NCBI GenBank assembly: GCA_036009775.1
Contig: DASYLC010000160.1
Location: 6,380 to 70,379, forward strand
Direction of reading: 5' to 3'
Origin: Chitinophagaceae bacterium
Lineage (GTDB): Bacteria; Bacteroidota; Bacteroidia; Chitinophagales; Chitinophagaceae
DNA: 64,000 nt
Shown: piece by piece, positions 40,171 to 49,858 of the stretch
Layout: each line of letters opens with the position of its first letter
Numbering within the stretch: position 1 is the first letter of the stretch
The notes under the pieces: generated by a model
Database searches by the model: none
The model's input: only the letters and a program-made list of their open reading frames with translations
What the model was told of the DNA's origin: nothing
Translations under genes and position numbers: made by a program

Positions 40171-43100
40171 TTAACTGAAAAGATACTCCACATCCTCCCT
40201 TGTCAGCGCCTTCACAAACGATGCATCATCCGAGATGATATCTTTCGCCAGCGCTCTTTTCTTTTCCTGCAACTGGAGTATCTTATCCTCGATTGTATCC
40301 TTGCAGATCATCCGGTACGCAAAGATATTTTTCGTCTGCCCGATACGGTGTGTCCGGTCAATGGCCTGTTGCTCTACGGCGGGGTTCCACCAGGGATCAA
40401 CAATATAGACATAGTCGGCCGCGGTAAGGTTCAAACCCACACCTCCTGCTTTCAGTGATATAAGGAAGACTCTAACTTCATCATTGTTCTGGAAACTCTG
40501 GATCGCTTTTTCCCGGTCCGGTGCCGATGTGCTTCCATCAAAATATTCATACTTCACACCCAGCTCTTCCAGTTTGGCCCTGATCAGCGCCAGCATGCCG
40601 AGGAACTGTGAAAAGATCAGCGCTTTGTGGTTCCCGATATTCTCCGTGATCTCCCTGGCCAGTTCATCCAGCTTGATCGAATGGTTCTCGAATTTTTCCT
40701 GCTCGTTCAGTATCGCGGGTGAGTCACATATCTGGCGGAGTTTCATCAATCCCTGCAGGATCGTGAGCTGTGATTTTTGAATACCCTGAGTCTCGATCGT
40801 ACCGAGTATCTGGTTACGGAAATCATTACGGTACGCATCATAGATGCTGCGTTGCTCGTCTTCCATTTCGCAGAACAGGATCATTTCCTGTTTTTCGGGA
40901 AGATCTTTTGCCACCTGTTCTTTCGTACGGCGCAATATAAAGGGGTAAAGGATTTTTTTGAGATGTTCCTTCCGGTCCTGTTCGCCAAATTTATCAATAG
41001 GTATCGCAAATTCCTGGCGGAAGAATTCCATGGTACCCAGCATCCCGGGATTCAGGAAATTCATCTGCGCAAAAATGTCAAAGGTGTTGTTCTGCAACGG
41101 CGTACCGCTCATACAGAGCCTGTTCTTTGCATTCAGCAAACAGGCTGCTTTTGTTACTTTACTCGATGGGTTCTTGATCGCCTGGCTTTCATCCAGCAAT
41201 ACATAATCGAATTCGATGCTCATCAGTAACTTGATATCACTCCGCAATGTACCATAGGTAGTAATCGTAACATCATGATCGGTCAGCTCTTCTTTGATCC
41301 TTGTTCTCGCTCCTCCGTGATGGATGCGGTATGTCAAACCCGGCGTGAACTTCCTGATCTCGTTCTCCCAGTTATAGATCAGCGTTGTCGGGCAAACCAC
41401 CAGTGCTTTTAATGTTCCGCCCTCCTTTTTATAATACTCCATAAAGGAAAGGGCCTGCACGGTCTTACCGAGACCCATATCATCTGCCAGTATCCCACCC
41501 CACCGGATATCCTTTAAATAGTTCAGCCATTGATAACCCGCCACCTGGTAAGGCCGCAATATCAACTTTAGATTATACGATGGTTCGATCTCTTTGATCT
41601 TATTGAACTCACGGAGCTTCTCATATTTTTCTTCGAGTTGTACCACCAGCTCTTCCTCATCCCTTGTTTCATATAATTCATCCACCACGCTGAGATGGTA
41701 GCGGGATAATTTCAATGAATCGGTCTTTCCTTCTCCCACACGGAACAACAAAGAATATTTTTTCAGCCATTCCTCGGGTAATATCCCCAGCGTTCCGTCA
41801 TTCAGCTGTACAAACTGTTGTTTATTCGCCAACGCTCTTTTTACTTCGGCCACTGTCACCTGCTGATCGCCAAAGAGAATATCCACTTTCGCATCAAACC
41901 AATCCGTATTGCTGCTGATAAAGATCTTGGTCTGCGGTTTGGCAGTGTTGAAACGGAAATTCTTCAGCGCTTCAAAACCAAATACCGGTGTCTTCATATC
42001 CTTCATCGCATCCACGAACAAAAAGAACCAGTTGTTCTTCAAAACATCTGTTCCCTTTAATGCCAGTGTTCCGGAATCTTCATTGAATACAAAACTGGAA
42101 TGCAGGTTCTGCATCTTCTGGATGAACTCGTTCTCCTTTAGCCGGTTGCGGTGCACCACCAGTACTTTGTCTCCCTGTGGTACGATCACTTCATCCCGGT
42201 CCCTCGATTTTGTTTCATATCCTTTATATGAGAAGGAAGGCTGAAAGACAAGGTAGTCGCCTTTTTCCATCAGGAACAATTTCACTTCCGGATTTCCATC
42301 CTTTATTTCCTGCACCAGCGATTTATCAAAATCGATCTTATGTTCCTTCGCCAGCGGCATGATGAACTCATTGAGCGTTTTACTCCAGTCTTCTGCCGGC
42401 ACACTCATTTTCCCGGATGGCAGGAATTTTTCTACCAGGTGAATAACATCATTATTCTTCCAGAGCCAGGCCTGGTTATTATATAAAAAGAAAAGGGGGC
42501 TGGCCGCTTCATTATCGCCCAGGTCGAATTCCAGCGGACCGGCTTTTACCCGGCATTGTATCGTGTAATGAGAATTCTTTTTTACAATAAAATGGGGCTT
42601 TGCTTCTTCATCCTGCAACTGTAATGGTTCCAGGTTGTTTGTCTTGAATGCTTTTTTCTCGGGCAATAAAAAAATAAAGGGGCTGCTGGCCGATTCGGTG
42701 AATATTTTTTTCAGTTTCGGTAACAGGTATTCCGCCATCAGTTCCTTGGTCTCATCGGGCAGATCATCTTCTTCCTGGTGAATGATATTCTCCCAGATAC
42801 CCGAAAATGGCGAGTTGCGGCTGATATATTTATTGATCTCGGACTCCTGTAATTTGCGCAGCAGGGTCAACAGGTCCCTGTCACCTTCGGGTAAATTATC
42901 CGTATTCACATAACGGCTGATATCCAGTTTTTCCACTGTTCCGGCAAAGCCATCATTGCTTTCGTTGGGTTCTCCGCTTACAACATCTACGGTGAACTGC
43001 GGGTAGGTCTTTTTATTGAAATTAAAGACCACGCCCAGGCGCTGTGTCGGAATCGCGACCGTTTCTTCCATTACTTCCGGAACAGCCGAGATTTCTTTTT

Positions 43101-43935
43101 CTTTCTGCGGCAGCAATACCGGTTTCGGTACAGACGCAACTACGGCCACTCTTTTGATACTGGCATCCAGCACCCGCAAAAAAGGCTTCCCGTCTTTATA
43201 GGCAAATTCGAATTTTCCTTTCAGGTCATCTTTCAATGAATAACCGTAGGCCTCCAGCAGTTTATTCTTTTCCTTATCCCAGTTACGGATACTGTCAAAA
43301 TAACCGGAGCCATGTGCATTCAGCAATTGGAGCAATACGATCAGCTTGGGAAGACAGAGCGGGTGATCCTCATCCTCATAATCGCAGCTGGTATCGAAAT
43401 TTCTTTCTTCATTCTTCCGGATGATCACTTTGTATTCCTGGCCAGATAGTTTCACCGTAGCTTTTACGGTTTCATTTTCTGCAAAATCGATGCTGGCTTT
43501 ATTGGTTCGTAAAAATGTTTCCGCGTCGGCCAGTGCTTCCGGTGAAGAAAGTAACCGTAATGTTTTCAGGTCGATGGCCTTCATTTTGGCGACCGTATGC
43601 CGCTGATCGTATTTAACGTCTTCGGCCTGTAAGTGGCCCCGGTCGATCATTTCCTGCAACTGGAACAAGGCCGCTGCTTCGTGCCGGCAGATATCCCCGA
43701 GATTATAAGGACAGGCACAACGAAGGGATGTTGCTTTGGGGTCTTTGAATTTCTGTATATATACTTTGTAATAGGTGGAGTAGCTGTCGTCTTTTACACG
43801 GAATACAGCGGAGCCAAAGAGGTCGTCATATTCCACCAACTCTACAAAACCGATCGCATGGATCTTTTTTCCTCTCCGGATCACTTCATCGGTTCCATGA
43901 GTATATACATACTTGATAAGGTGCGGTAATGCCAT
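40171..43935 (-). CDS. SWIM zinc-finger SNF2-family helicase/ATPase
   Basis: CACPYNLGDICRH SWIM; LADDMGLGKT, DESQ, SGTP, QAIDRTHRIGQ; start MALPHL. Confidence 0.93.
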   Translation of the reverse strand: MALPHLIKYVYTHGTDEVIRRGKKIHAIGFVELVEYDDLFGSAVFRVKDDSYSTYYKVYIQKFKDPKATSLRCACPYNLGDICRHEAAALFQLQEMIDRGHLQAEDVKYDQRHTVAKMKAIDLKTLRLLSSPEALADAETFLRTNKASIDFAENETVKATVKLSGQEYKVIIRKNEERNFDTSCDYEDEDHPLCLPKLIVLLQLLNAHGSGYFDSIRNWDKEKNKLLEAYGYSLKDDLKGKFEFAYKDGKPFLRVLDASIKRVAVVASVPKPVLLPQKEKEISAVPEVMEETVAIPTQRLGVVFNFNKKTYPQFTVDVVSGEPNESNDGFAGTVEKLDISRYVNTDNLPEGDRDLLTLLRKLQESEINKYISRNSPFSGIWENIIHQEEDDLPDETKELMAEYLLPKLKKIFTESASSPFIFLLPEKKAFKTNNLEPLQLQDEEAKPHFIVKKNSHYTIQCRVKAGPLEFDLGDNEAASPLFFLYNNQAWLWKNNDVIHLVEKFLPSGKMSVPAEDWSKTLNEFIMPLAKEHKIDFDKSLVQEIKDGNPEVKLFLMEKGDYLVFQPSFSYKGYETKSRDRDEVIVPQGDKVLVVHRNRLKENEFIQKMQNLHSSFVFNEDSGTLALKGTDVLKNNWFFLFVDAMKDMKTPVFGFEALKNFRFNTAKPQTKIFISSNTDWFDAKVDILFGDQQVTVAEVKRALANKQQFVQLNDGTLGILPEEWLKKYSLLFRVGEGKTDSLKLSRYHLSVVDELYETRDEEELVVQLEEKYEKLREFNKIKEIEPSYNLKLILRPYQVAGYQWLNYLKDIRWGGILADDMGLGKTVQALSFMEYYKKEGGTLKALVVCPTTLIYNWENEIRKFTPGLTYRIHHGGARTRIKEELTDHDVTITTYGTLRSDIKLLMSIEFDYVLLDESQAIKNPSSKVTKAACLLNAKNRLCMSGTPLQNNTFDIFAQMNFLNPGMLGTMEFFRQEFAIPIDKFGEQDRKEHLKKILYPFILRRTKEQVAKDLPEKQEMILFCEMEDEQRSIYDAYRNDFRNQILGTIETQGIQKSQLTILQGLMKLRQICDSPAILNEQEKFENHSIKLDELAREITENIGNHKALIFSQFLGMLALIRAKLEELGVKYEYFDGSTSAPDREKAIQSFQNNDEVRVFLISLKAGGVGLNLTAADYVYIVDPWWNPAVEQQAIDRTHRIGQTKNIFAYRMICKDTIEDKILQLQEKKRALAKDIISDDASFVKALTREDVEYLFS

Positions 43936-43943
43936 AGTATCAA

Positions 43944-44019
43944 TGGGCAATCGACAATTGGCAAATGATGCTGTTAATTTGATATTGCCCTTGCCTGTTG
44001 TCTAATTGCGTATTGCTTA
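43944..44019. repeat. Inverted heptamer arrays (T[AT]GGCAA family) in the SNF2 5' region
   Basis: TGGGCAA TCGACAA TTGGCAA ... TTGCCTG TTGTCTA ATTGCG TATTGCT; shares the 14-mer TAGACAACAGGCAA with the mnmH insert. Confidence 0.65.
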
Positions 44020-44185
44020 TTTGAAAAGAGGGCAATCGGCAAATGTAAAAGAATGTGAAGCGGATTTCCTCGGAAAAAGGACTAAATAAAAAATAATTTT
44101 TGTTGGCTAAGAGTACACAAAAAATGAAGTATCTTGGTAGATTTTTCTTGCGTATAGCCCACCATTTAAATGGTGGCTATGCATT

Positions 44186-44911
44186 TTATTTCGCAACCAG
44201 TTTTCCGTCCGCATACAACGGAAGGACATTTGCCACATCCGGCGTAAGACAAAACTTAATATCATCGATGAGCCCGAAACGCTCCACCAGCCTATGATAA
44301 TGCGTAAGCTGGGGCGCAAACTCAATTAATTTATTCTTGTTCTTTGCATAGGTCGTCTCCGCCATCAATGAACTGTCGCAATGGATCGTAAAATTCTTTT
44401 TGACCGCATGGATCACGGCGCCGGCAAACAGGGTGTCTTCCAGGTTGAACCGATCTTTCCAGCCGGCACAACCCAGTATTACATTCTTATTTTCCGCCAT
44501 TAAAAAATCACAGACCGCCGAAAGATTAGGAAAGGACCCGGAAATGATCGTGTCCGCATTTTTATCCAATGCCATTTGCAAAAGCCGGGTGCCATTAGTG
44601 GTCGTCAGCACCAGTGTTTTATTTTCGATAAAGGAACGGGAATATTCCAATGGGGAGTTGCCATGTTGCAGACCGTCTGCGATCATCCCGTCTCTTTCAC
44701 CGGCAGCAATGCCATCGATACTTTTACTGATCTCGATCGCTTTGGGGACCGAGTCCACGGGTATTACACAACGGGCGCCATTATACAGGGCCGATGCGAT
44801 AGTGGAAGTAGCCCGGAAAACATCGATGATCACCACAACACTGTTGCTCAGGTCATATAAATGTAACAGGGCCGGGGAAAGTGAAGTATGAAGATGGGGT
44901 TTGTTGCTCAT
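44186..44911 (-). CDS. comB: 2-phosphosulfolactate phosphatase family protein
   Basis: IDVFRATST, AGERDG, GNSP, TTTNGTR, LEDTLFAG; start MSNKPH. Confidence 0.85.
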   Translation of the reverse strand: MSNKPHLHTSLSPALLHLYDLSNSVVVIIDVFRATSTIASALYNGARCVIPVDSVPKAIEISKSIDGIAAGERDGMIADGLQHGNSPLEYSRSFIENKTLVLTTTNGTRLLQMALDKNADTIISGSFPNLSAVCDFLMAENKNVILGCAGWKDRFNLEDTLFAGAVIHAVKKNFTIHCDSSLMAETTYAKNKNKLIEFAPQLTHYHRLVERFGLIDDIKFCLTPDVANVLPLYADGKLVAK

Positions 44912-44955
44912 AGCCGGAACAAAAATAAAGGAACAGAAATTAACCGTCGGTTTTA

Positions 44956-45432
44956 CTACTTGATCAGCAGTTTTTTCCATTTACCACTCTCTGCAAATTC
45001 CTTGATGGTCTTGTTCCTTTGTTCCAGCAACCGCCGTAAATATTTGGCGAGATAAAGATTATTGAACCATTGTCCCACGATCCCGTACTTACATTCGAAA
45101 TGAAAAAGATCGATCAGGATCGTTCCGTTATCACAAGGTTTGAAATGATGCTCATGCTTCATCAGTTTAAAATCACCTTCCGATTGTTCGCCCACATACA
45201 TTTCCGGTTTCTTCATTTCGGTGACCTTCACCCGCAGGATGCGGGTCTTAAAAAAATGTTTTGCTTTCCAGGTCACTGTTTCATCTTTTTCAATAAGTCC
45301 GAAACGGGTACCGGCAACAGCTTCTTCTTTAAAAGAAGACATGGATTCTTTGTGCAGGTCAATATTCCGGCTGAGGTCAAAGACCACCTGTGCCGGTGCA
45401 GCAATAAATGTAGTAAGGTGAATAGTTGGCAT
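44956..45432 (-). CDS. SRPBCC (START-like) family protein
   Basis: MPTIHLTTFIAAP..VFDLSR.IDLH, VTWKAKHF, HEHHF. Confidence 0.8.
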   Translation of the reverse strand: MPTIHLTTFIAAPAQVVFDLSRNIDLHKESMSSFKEEAVAGTRFGLIEKDETVTWKAKHFFKTRILRVKVTEMKKPEMYVGEQSEGDFKLMKHEHHFKPCDNGTILIDLFHFECKYGIVGQWFNNLYLAKYLRRLLEQRNKTIKEFAESGKWKKLLIK

Positions 45433-45492
45433 TGATGCAAGTTTGAAAAAGGCCCGCCCTGCTCTCACAAAAATCTTACCGTTCTGCCCTTA

Positions 45493-46578
45493 TTATGAAA
45501 AAGGAATTTTAGAAACTTTAGCCATCAACAATTTATCCCGCACTTTGATGTATATCTCCGTGTCGATCGCCGCAAAAGGCGTCCGTACATATCCCATACC
45601 GATGGCTTTGCCGAGGCTGGGTGACTGGGTCCCGGAGCTGACATGACCGATCACAGCGCCCGTCATATCTTTTATTTCATATCCGTGCCGGGGAATCCCT
45701 TTTTCTATCATTTCAAAACCGACGAGCTTCCGCTCAACACCATCGGCCTTTTGCTTGGCGAATTTTTCGCTGGAAGTAAATTCCTTGGTGAACTTGGTGA
45801 TCCATCCCAACCCTGCTTCCATCGGTGAAGTGGTATCGTCAATATCATTTCCGTATAAACAGAATCCCATTTCCAGGCGAAGCGTATCTCTTGCACCCAA
45901 TCCAACCGGTTTTAATCCCTGCGGACCGCCGGCAGCAAAAATAGCATCCCATATTTTAACGGCATCGCCATCCTTATCCTCAAAATAGATCTCGACACCG
46001 CCGGCACCGGTATAACCCGTTGCACTGATGACCACATTATCAACCCCGGCAAATTTTCCTTTGGTAAAAGTGTAGTATTTCAGGTTGAGGATATCCATAT
46101 CCGTAAGCGGCTGCAGGATCTTTGTTGCATTGGGCCCCTGGATCGCCAGCAAACAGGTCTTTTCAGATATATTATGCATCTCAGCCTTGTTGGTATTAAA
46201 GCGCTGGATCCAGTTCCAGTCCTTTTCAATATTGGAAGCATTCACTACCAAAAGGTACACTTTGTTCTCTTCGATACAATAGACCAGCAGGTCGTCCACG
46301 ATACCGCCGGCTTCGTTCGGGAGACAACTATATTGCGCTTGTCCCGCTTTCAATTTCGCCGCATCATTACTTGTCACCCGTTGTATAAGATCAAGGGCGT
46401 GCTCCCCTTTTACAATAAACTCACCCATATGACTTACATCGAACACCCCGGCATTCTTCCTGACCGTCGCATGTTCATCATTGATCCCTGTATAAGAAAT
46501 GGGCATATTATAGCCGGCAAACTCGGCCATTTTAGCCCCGAGGGCAATATGCTTTTCCGTGAACGGCGTATTTTTCAT
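45493..46578 (-). CDS. gcvT: Glycine cleavage system aminomethyltransferase T
   Basis: [44 protein letters not shown]. Confidence 0.96.
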   Translation of the reverse strand: MKNTPFTEKHIALGAKMAEFAGYNMPISYTGINDEHATVRKNAGVFDVSHMGEFIVKGEHALDLIQRVTSNDAAKLKAGQAQYSCLPNEAGGIVDDLLVYCIEENKVYLLVVNASNIEKDWNWIQRFNTNKAEMHNISEKTCLLAIQGPNATKILQPLTDMDILNLKYYTFTKGKFAGVDNVVISATGYTGAGGVEIYFEDKDGDAVKIWDAIFAAGGPQGLKPVGLGARDTLRLEMGFCLYGNDIDDTTSPMEAGLGWITKFTKEFTSSEKFAKQKADGVERKLVGFEMIEKGIPRHGYEIKDMTGAVIGHVSSGTQSPSLGKAIGMGYVRTPFAAIDTEIYIKVRDKLLMAKVSKIPFS

Positions 46579-46700
46579 AACTGGCAAATTGTCCGCAAAT
46601 GTAGAGTAAAAAAAGCGGTTTATGGGAGTGACCCTGAGGCGGAGAAGACAAATTAACTTTCCCCTTGCGGGTGGCAATAAATTGTTTTTATCTTCATACT

Positions 46701-48479
46701 ATGCTTCGTCATTTACTAACAGTAATCTTATTACTTATAACGGCAACATCCTTTTCCCAGACAGAAGCCATTTTGCTGAAACAGGCTGACTCTTTGTTCA
46801 AATCAAAAAAGATCAATGAGTCCATTGTTATTTACAGTAAGATCATCGCTAAAAATCCAAAACATGAAATGGCAAGACGCGGACGGGGTTATGCTTATAT
46901 AGAGCTAAATAAGATGGAACAGGCGACTCTTGATTATAACGAAGCGTTGAAGATCAATCCGGGCTGTGTCAACTGCCTGGTACATCTGGGGGAAGTCGCC
47001 TTATCAAAAAAAGATCTCCCGGGTGCTTATTCTCTTGCTGAAAAGGCATTGACCATTAAGCCGGATTATTACGCCCCTTATATGTTAAAAGCCAGGGTCA
47101 ATGAGTATGAAGAAAAATACGGAGAAGCGGAAGCCAATTATACCAGGGCGGTGATGCTGGGCGATACGATCCTTGAGTCCCATTATTTCCGGGGAGAATT
47201 CTTCGGGCATCGCCAGGAATTCGATAAGGCCACAAAAGATTTCTCAACCGCATTGAAACTGGATTCAACTTTCGCCCTGGCTTATTTCCGGCGGGGCATT
47301 ATTGCTGCAATGAACCAGAAATGGAATGAAGCGTTACCGGACTTTCTTCATGCCGTTAAATATGATAGTCTTAATAGTGATTATCATAGCGCCGCGGGCG
47401 ATGTATATTTATATATCCCCGATCCTGTCAATGCTCATCGTTTTTATACCAAAGCAATCCAGCTGAATGACAAGAACTACAATGCCTGGTATTTCCGTTC
47501 TACTGCTTCCTACCGGATAGAAGATATGGATGCTTCCTGTGCCGATCTGCAGGCAATGGTGAGTAGAATTCCAGTAGCAACTGAAAATGAACAGTGGCAG
47601 GAGATGCGGCTCAAAGCCATCAATGATATGAACGACTACTGTGATTCCACCACCCCCGGGTATTTTTACCAGCGCGGAGTGGCGAATTATAACCTGAAAC
47701 AATTTGACAAGGCGATCCTTTTTTATAACAGGGGCCTAACGAAATTCCCCGGTCATTTTATGATGACCGATTTCAGGGGTAATGCACACTTTGCTTTGCA
47801 TCAGTATACAGAAGCAGAAAAGGACTATACACAAAGCCTGGCCCTGAAAAACAATTTTGCCGGTGAAGTAAAACAAACCACCGCCTACAGGGATGCGGGT
47901 GCCGCGGATCTTCAGACCTATACTGCCCAGGCTGTAGCCGAAGTATATCATTATCGTGCAGAAGCAAGATTGAACCTGGGTAATTATGCCGGCGCCATGG
48001 AAGATATTGATGAAGCGATCGCTTTATTTCCCGCCAATATACCGGGAAAAGAAGCTGTCTTCGCGATCAAGGGAGATATTTGCCTGGCAAAAGAAGAAAA
48101 CAGCAATGCGTTAAGCTGGTACAACAAGGCCTTACAACTTTCGCCTGACTATATACCTGCATTGGCGAACAGGGCGCTGGCAAAACTCAACCTCGCCTAT
48201 AAAGTGCGGGTGGTACAACGGTATGCCGGGATACAGGGCGCCCGAATTAACTTGCCAACGCAGACACAAACGGTGGTTAATACAGCAACCCTTGAAGCGG
48301 CACTTGCTGATTGTAATAAAGCGATCGCGACCGACCCGGGTTATGCTTACGTTTATTATGTAAGATCAATGATAAAGGAAGCGTTGAAACAGCCGGACTA
48401 CTGTTATGATCTTTTCAAAGCAGAAAAACTGGGATTGGATTTTGTAAAAGAACTGATCCTGGAGAAGAAATGCCGGTGA
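46701..48479 (+). CDS. Secreted tetratricopeptide-repeat protein
   Basis: Signal peptide MLRHLL; many TPR units (A..DY..AL...P). Confidence 0.88.
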   Translation: MLRHLLTVILLLITATSFSQTEAILLKQADSLFKSKKINESIVIYSKIIAKNPKHEMARRGRGYAYIELNKMEQATLDYNEALKINPGCVNCLVHLGEVALSKKDLPGAYSLAEKALTIKPDYYAPYMLKARVNEYEEKYGEAEANYTRAVMLGDTILESHYFRGEFFGHRQEFDKATKDFSTALKLDSTFALAYFRRGIIAAMNQKWNEALPDFLHAVKYDSLNSDYHSAAGDVYLYIPDPVNAHRFYTKAIQLNDKNYNAWYFRSTASYRIEDMDASCADLQAMVSRIPVATENEQWQEMRLKAINDMNDYCDSTTPGYFYQRGVANYNLKQFDKAILFYNRGLTKFPGHFMMTDFRGNAHFALHQYTEAEKDYTQSLALKNNFAGEVKQTTAYRDAGAADLQTYTAQAVAEVYHYRAEARLNLGNYAGAMEDIDEAIALFPANIPGKEAVFAIKGDICLAKEENSNALSWYNKALQLSPDYIPALANRALAKLNLAYKVRVVQRYAGIQGARINLPTQTQTVVNTATLEAALADCNKAIATDPGYAYVYYVRSMIKEALKQPDYCYDLFKAEKLGLDFVKELILEKKCR

Positions 48480-48484
48480 CCAGT

Positions 48485-49240
48485 TCATTTGCTCACAGCA
48501 CCCATTCGCAGGTGTAAAGGAAAAACCACGTTCCTCTTTTCCGTTATCTCCCCGAGAGTCTTCGACCAATAAGGCCGGATCTTTTTCATCAAGTCAGCAA
48601 CCGGGCTAAAGCCATTTGCTGCAATGAATTTTTGCAAGGCCGACCAGGTCCCGAAATATCCTTCCAGTTCTTCGATCGTCCATTCGTACCGGATGGCAAA
48701 TACAGGTGTTTTTATTGGTTCAAAAGGAAAAGGGATACCGGCATAATTATCATCCACATATTTCCTTTCGGGATCCCAATGATCGCCCAGCGTAGTAAAA
48801 TGATAATGATGGATCAATTCATCGATCTCCGGGGAAATGCTCAGCAATCCATACATCCACGCCGCGATCCAACCGCCGTGCCTGGTGACCCTTTTTACTT
48901 CTGCATAGAATTTTTCAAAATCAAACCAGTGCAGGGCCTGTGATACGGTGACAAGATCGAACTGATCATCTTTAAAATTTGTTCCCTCTGCCGGCTGAAG
49001 CGAGTAAACGATATTGCGGGCCTGCCCGGCATTATCCAATTGCTTCTGACTTATATCTGTGGCACAGACCTTATTAAAATGTTTTGCCAGCTCTTTGGCT
49101 GTTTGTCCGTTGCCCGTGGCACAATCCCAGGCGCTTTGTTTTGATTCAATAGGACCCAGGATAAAATCAAAAAGTTCAGGCGGGTAAGCCGGTCTGTATT
49201 TCGCATACAGTGAAGCCTGTTGGGAAAAATTGTCCTTCAT
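48485..49240 (-). CDS. Class I SAM-dependent methyltransferase
   Basis: YAKYRP.YP, WDCATGNGQ, VSQALHWFD. Confidence 0.9.
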   Translation of the reverse strand: MKDNFSQQASLYAKYRPAYPPELFDFILGPIESKQSAWDCATGNGQTAKELAKHFNKVCATDISQKQLDNAGQARNIVYSLQPAEGTNFKDDQFDLVTVSQALHWFDFEKFYAEVKRVTRHGGWIAAWMYGLLSISPEIDELIHHYHFTTLGDHWDPERKYVDDNYAGIPFPFEPIKTPVFAIRYEWTIEELEGYFGTWSALQKFIAANGFSPVADLMKKIRPYWSKTLGEITEKRNVVFPLHLRMGAVSK

Positions 49241-49257
49241 ACGGTAAAGGTAAAACG

Positions 49258-49338
49258 AAAAGCCCCTCGCTTAAAGCAAGGGACCTTTCTATCCCGCAGT
49301 AGCGGGATCCAACTTCAACCGAGTTTATGAGCGGGATC
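49258..49338. terminator. Terminator-like hairpin plus ATCCCGC/GCGGGAT palindrome
   Basis: AAAAGCCCCTCGC..GCAAGGG; ATCCCGC-AGTA-GCGGGAT at 49291-49308; half-site again at 49330. Confidence 0.5.
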
Positions 49339-49835
49339 TAATGACCATAGCTAACTACCCTGCAGATCTTCCATCCCTTATTTGTCTTTTTCCAGATATG
49401 AACAAACTTAAAAACACCACAATCGGGTTTGCCATTCTCCGTATGACAAAACCGGTGTGATCCGATCTGCATCGCACCAAAATCCTTCACCGGGTATACT
49501 TCCATGCTGCCGGGGATCAGTTCTCTCTTCAGGTCCGGGTTTTGGGCCGCCGTGTTTTCAAAGGCAAGCATATTCTGTGTGTAGTCCGTAAGCCCACCGG
49601 TGTCGTGGTAAAATTCCAGGTCACTGGTGAACAATGTTTTTAATATTTCAACGTCCTTGCTGTTAAATGCATTGAAAAGTACGCTGTCCATGTGTGCGAT
49701 CGTATCATATAGTTCTGCTGATAGCGAAACTTGCTTTGGTGATACGGTTTCCGCTACGTTATGTGAACCTGAACACCCACTGGTAAAGATCAGCACTATG
49801 AGTAATATCCTGAGTATACGATTGTTGTTGGTCAT
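49338..49835 (-). CDS. NTF2-like (DUF4440) lipoprotein
   Basis: Lipobox-like TSGC; DS.LF.AFN, LEFYHD.GG, FKFVHIW...W...RVVSYGH. Confidence 0.8.
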   Translation of the reverse strand: MTNNNRILRILLIVLIFTSGCSGSHNVAETVSPKQVSLSAELYDTIAHMDSVLFNAFNSKDVEILKTLFTSDLEFYHDTGGLTDYTQNMLAFENTAAQNPDLKRELIPGSMEVYPVKDFGAMQIGSHRFCHTENGKPDCGVFKFVHIWKKTNKGWKICRVVSYGH

Positions 49836-49858
49836 TGTTTCTTTGTTGCTCCTTGCTG

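Noticed and set aside
40171-43935. SNF2 helicase as an anti-phage defence system
   Set aside because: No methylase, nuclease or other defence partner is adjacent; the neighbours are housekeeping genes
46579-46700. Glycine riboswitch upstream of gcvT
   Set aside because: A TACATTTG box lies only about 17 nt from the ATG, leaving no room for an aptamer; no riboswitch motif seen
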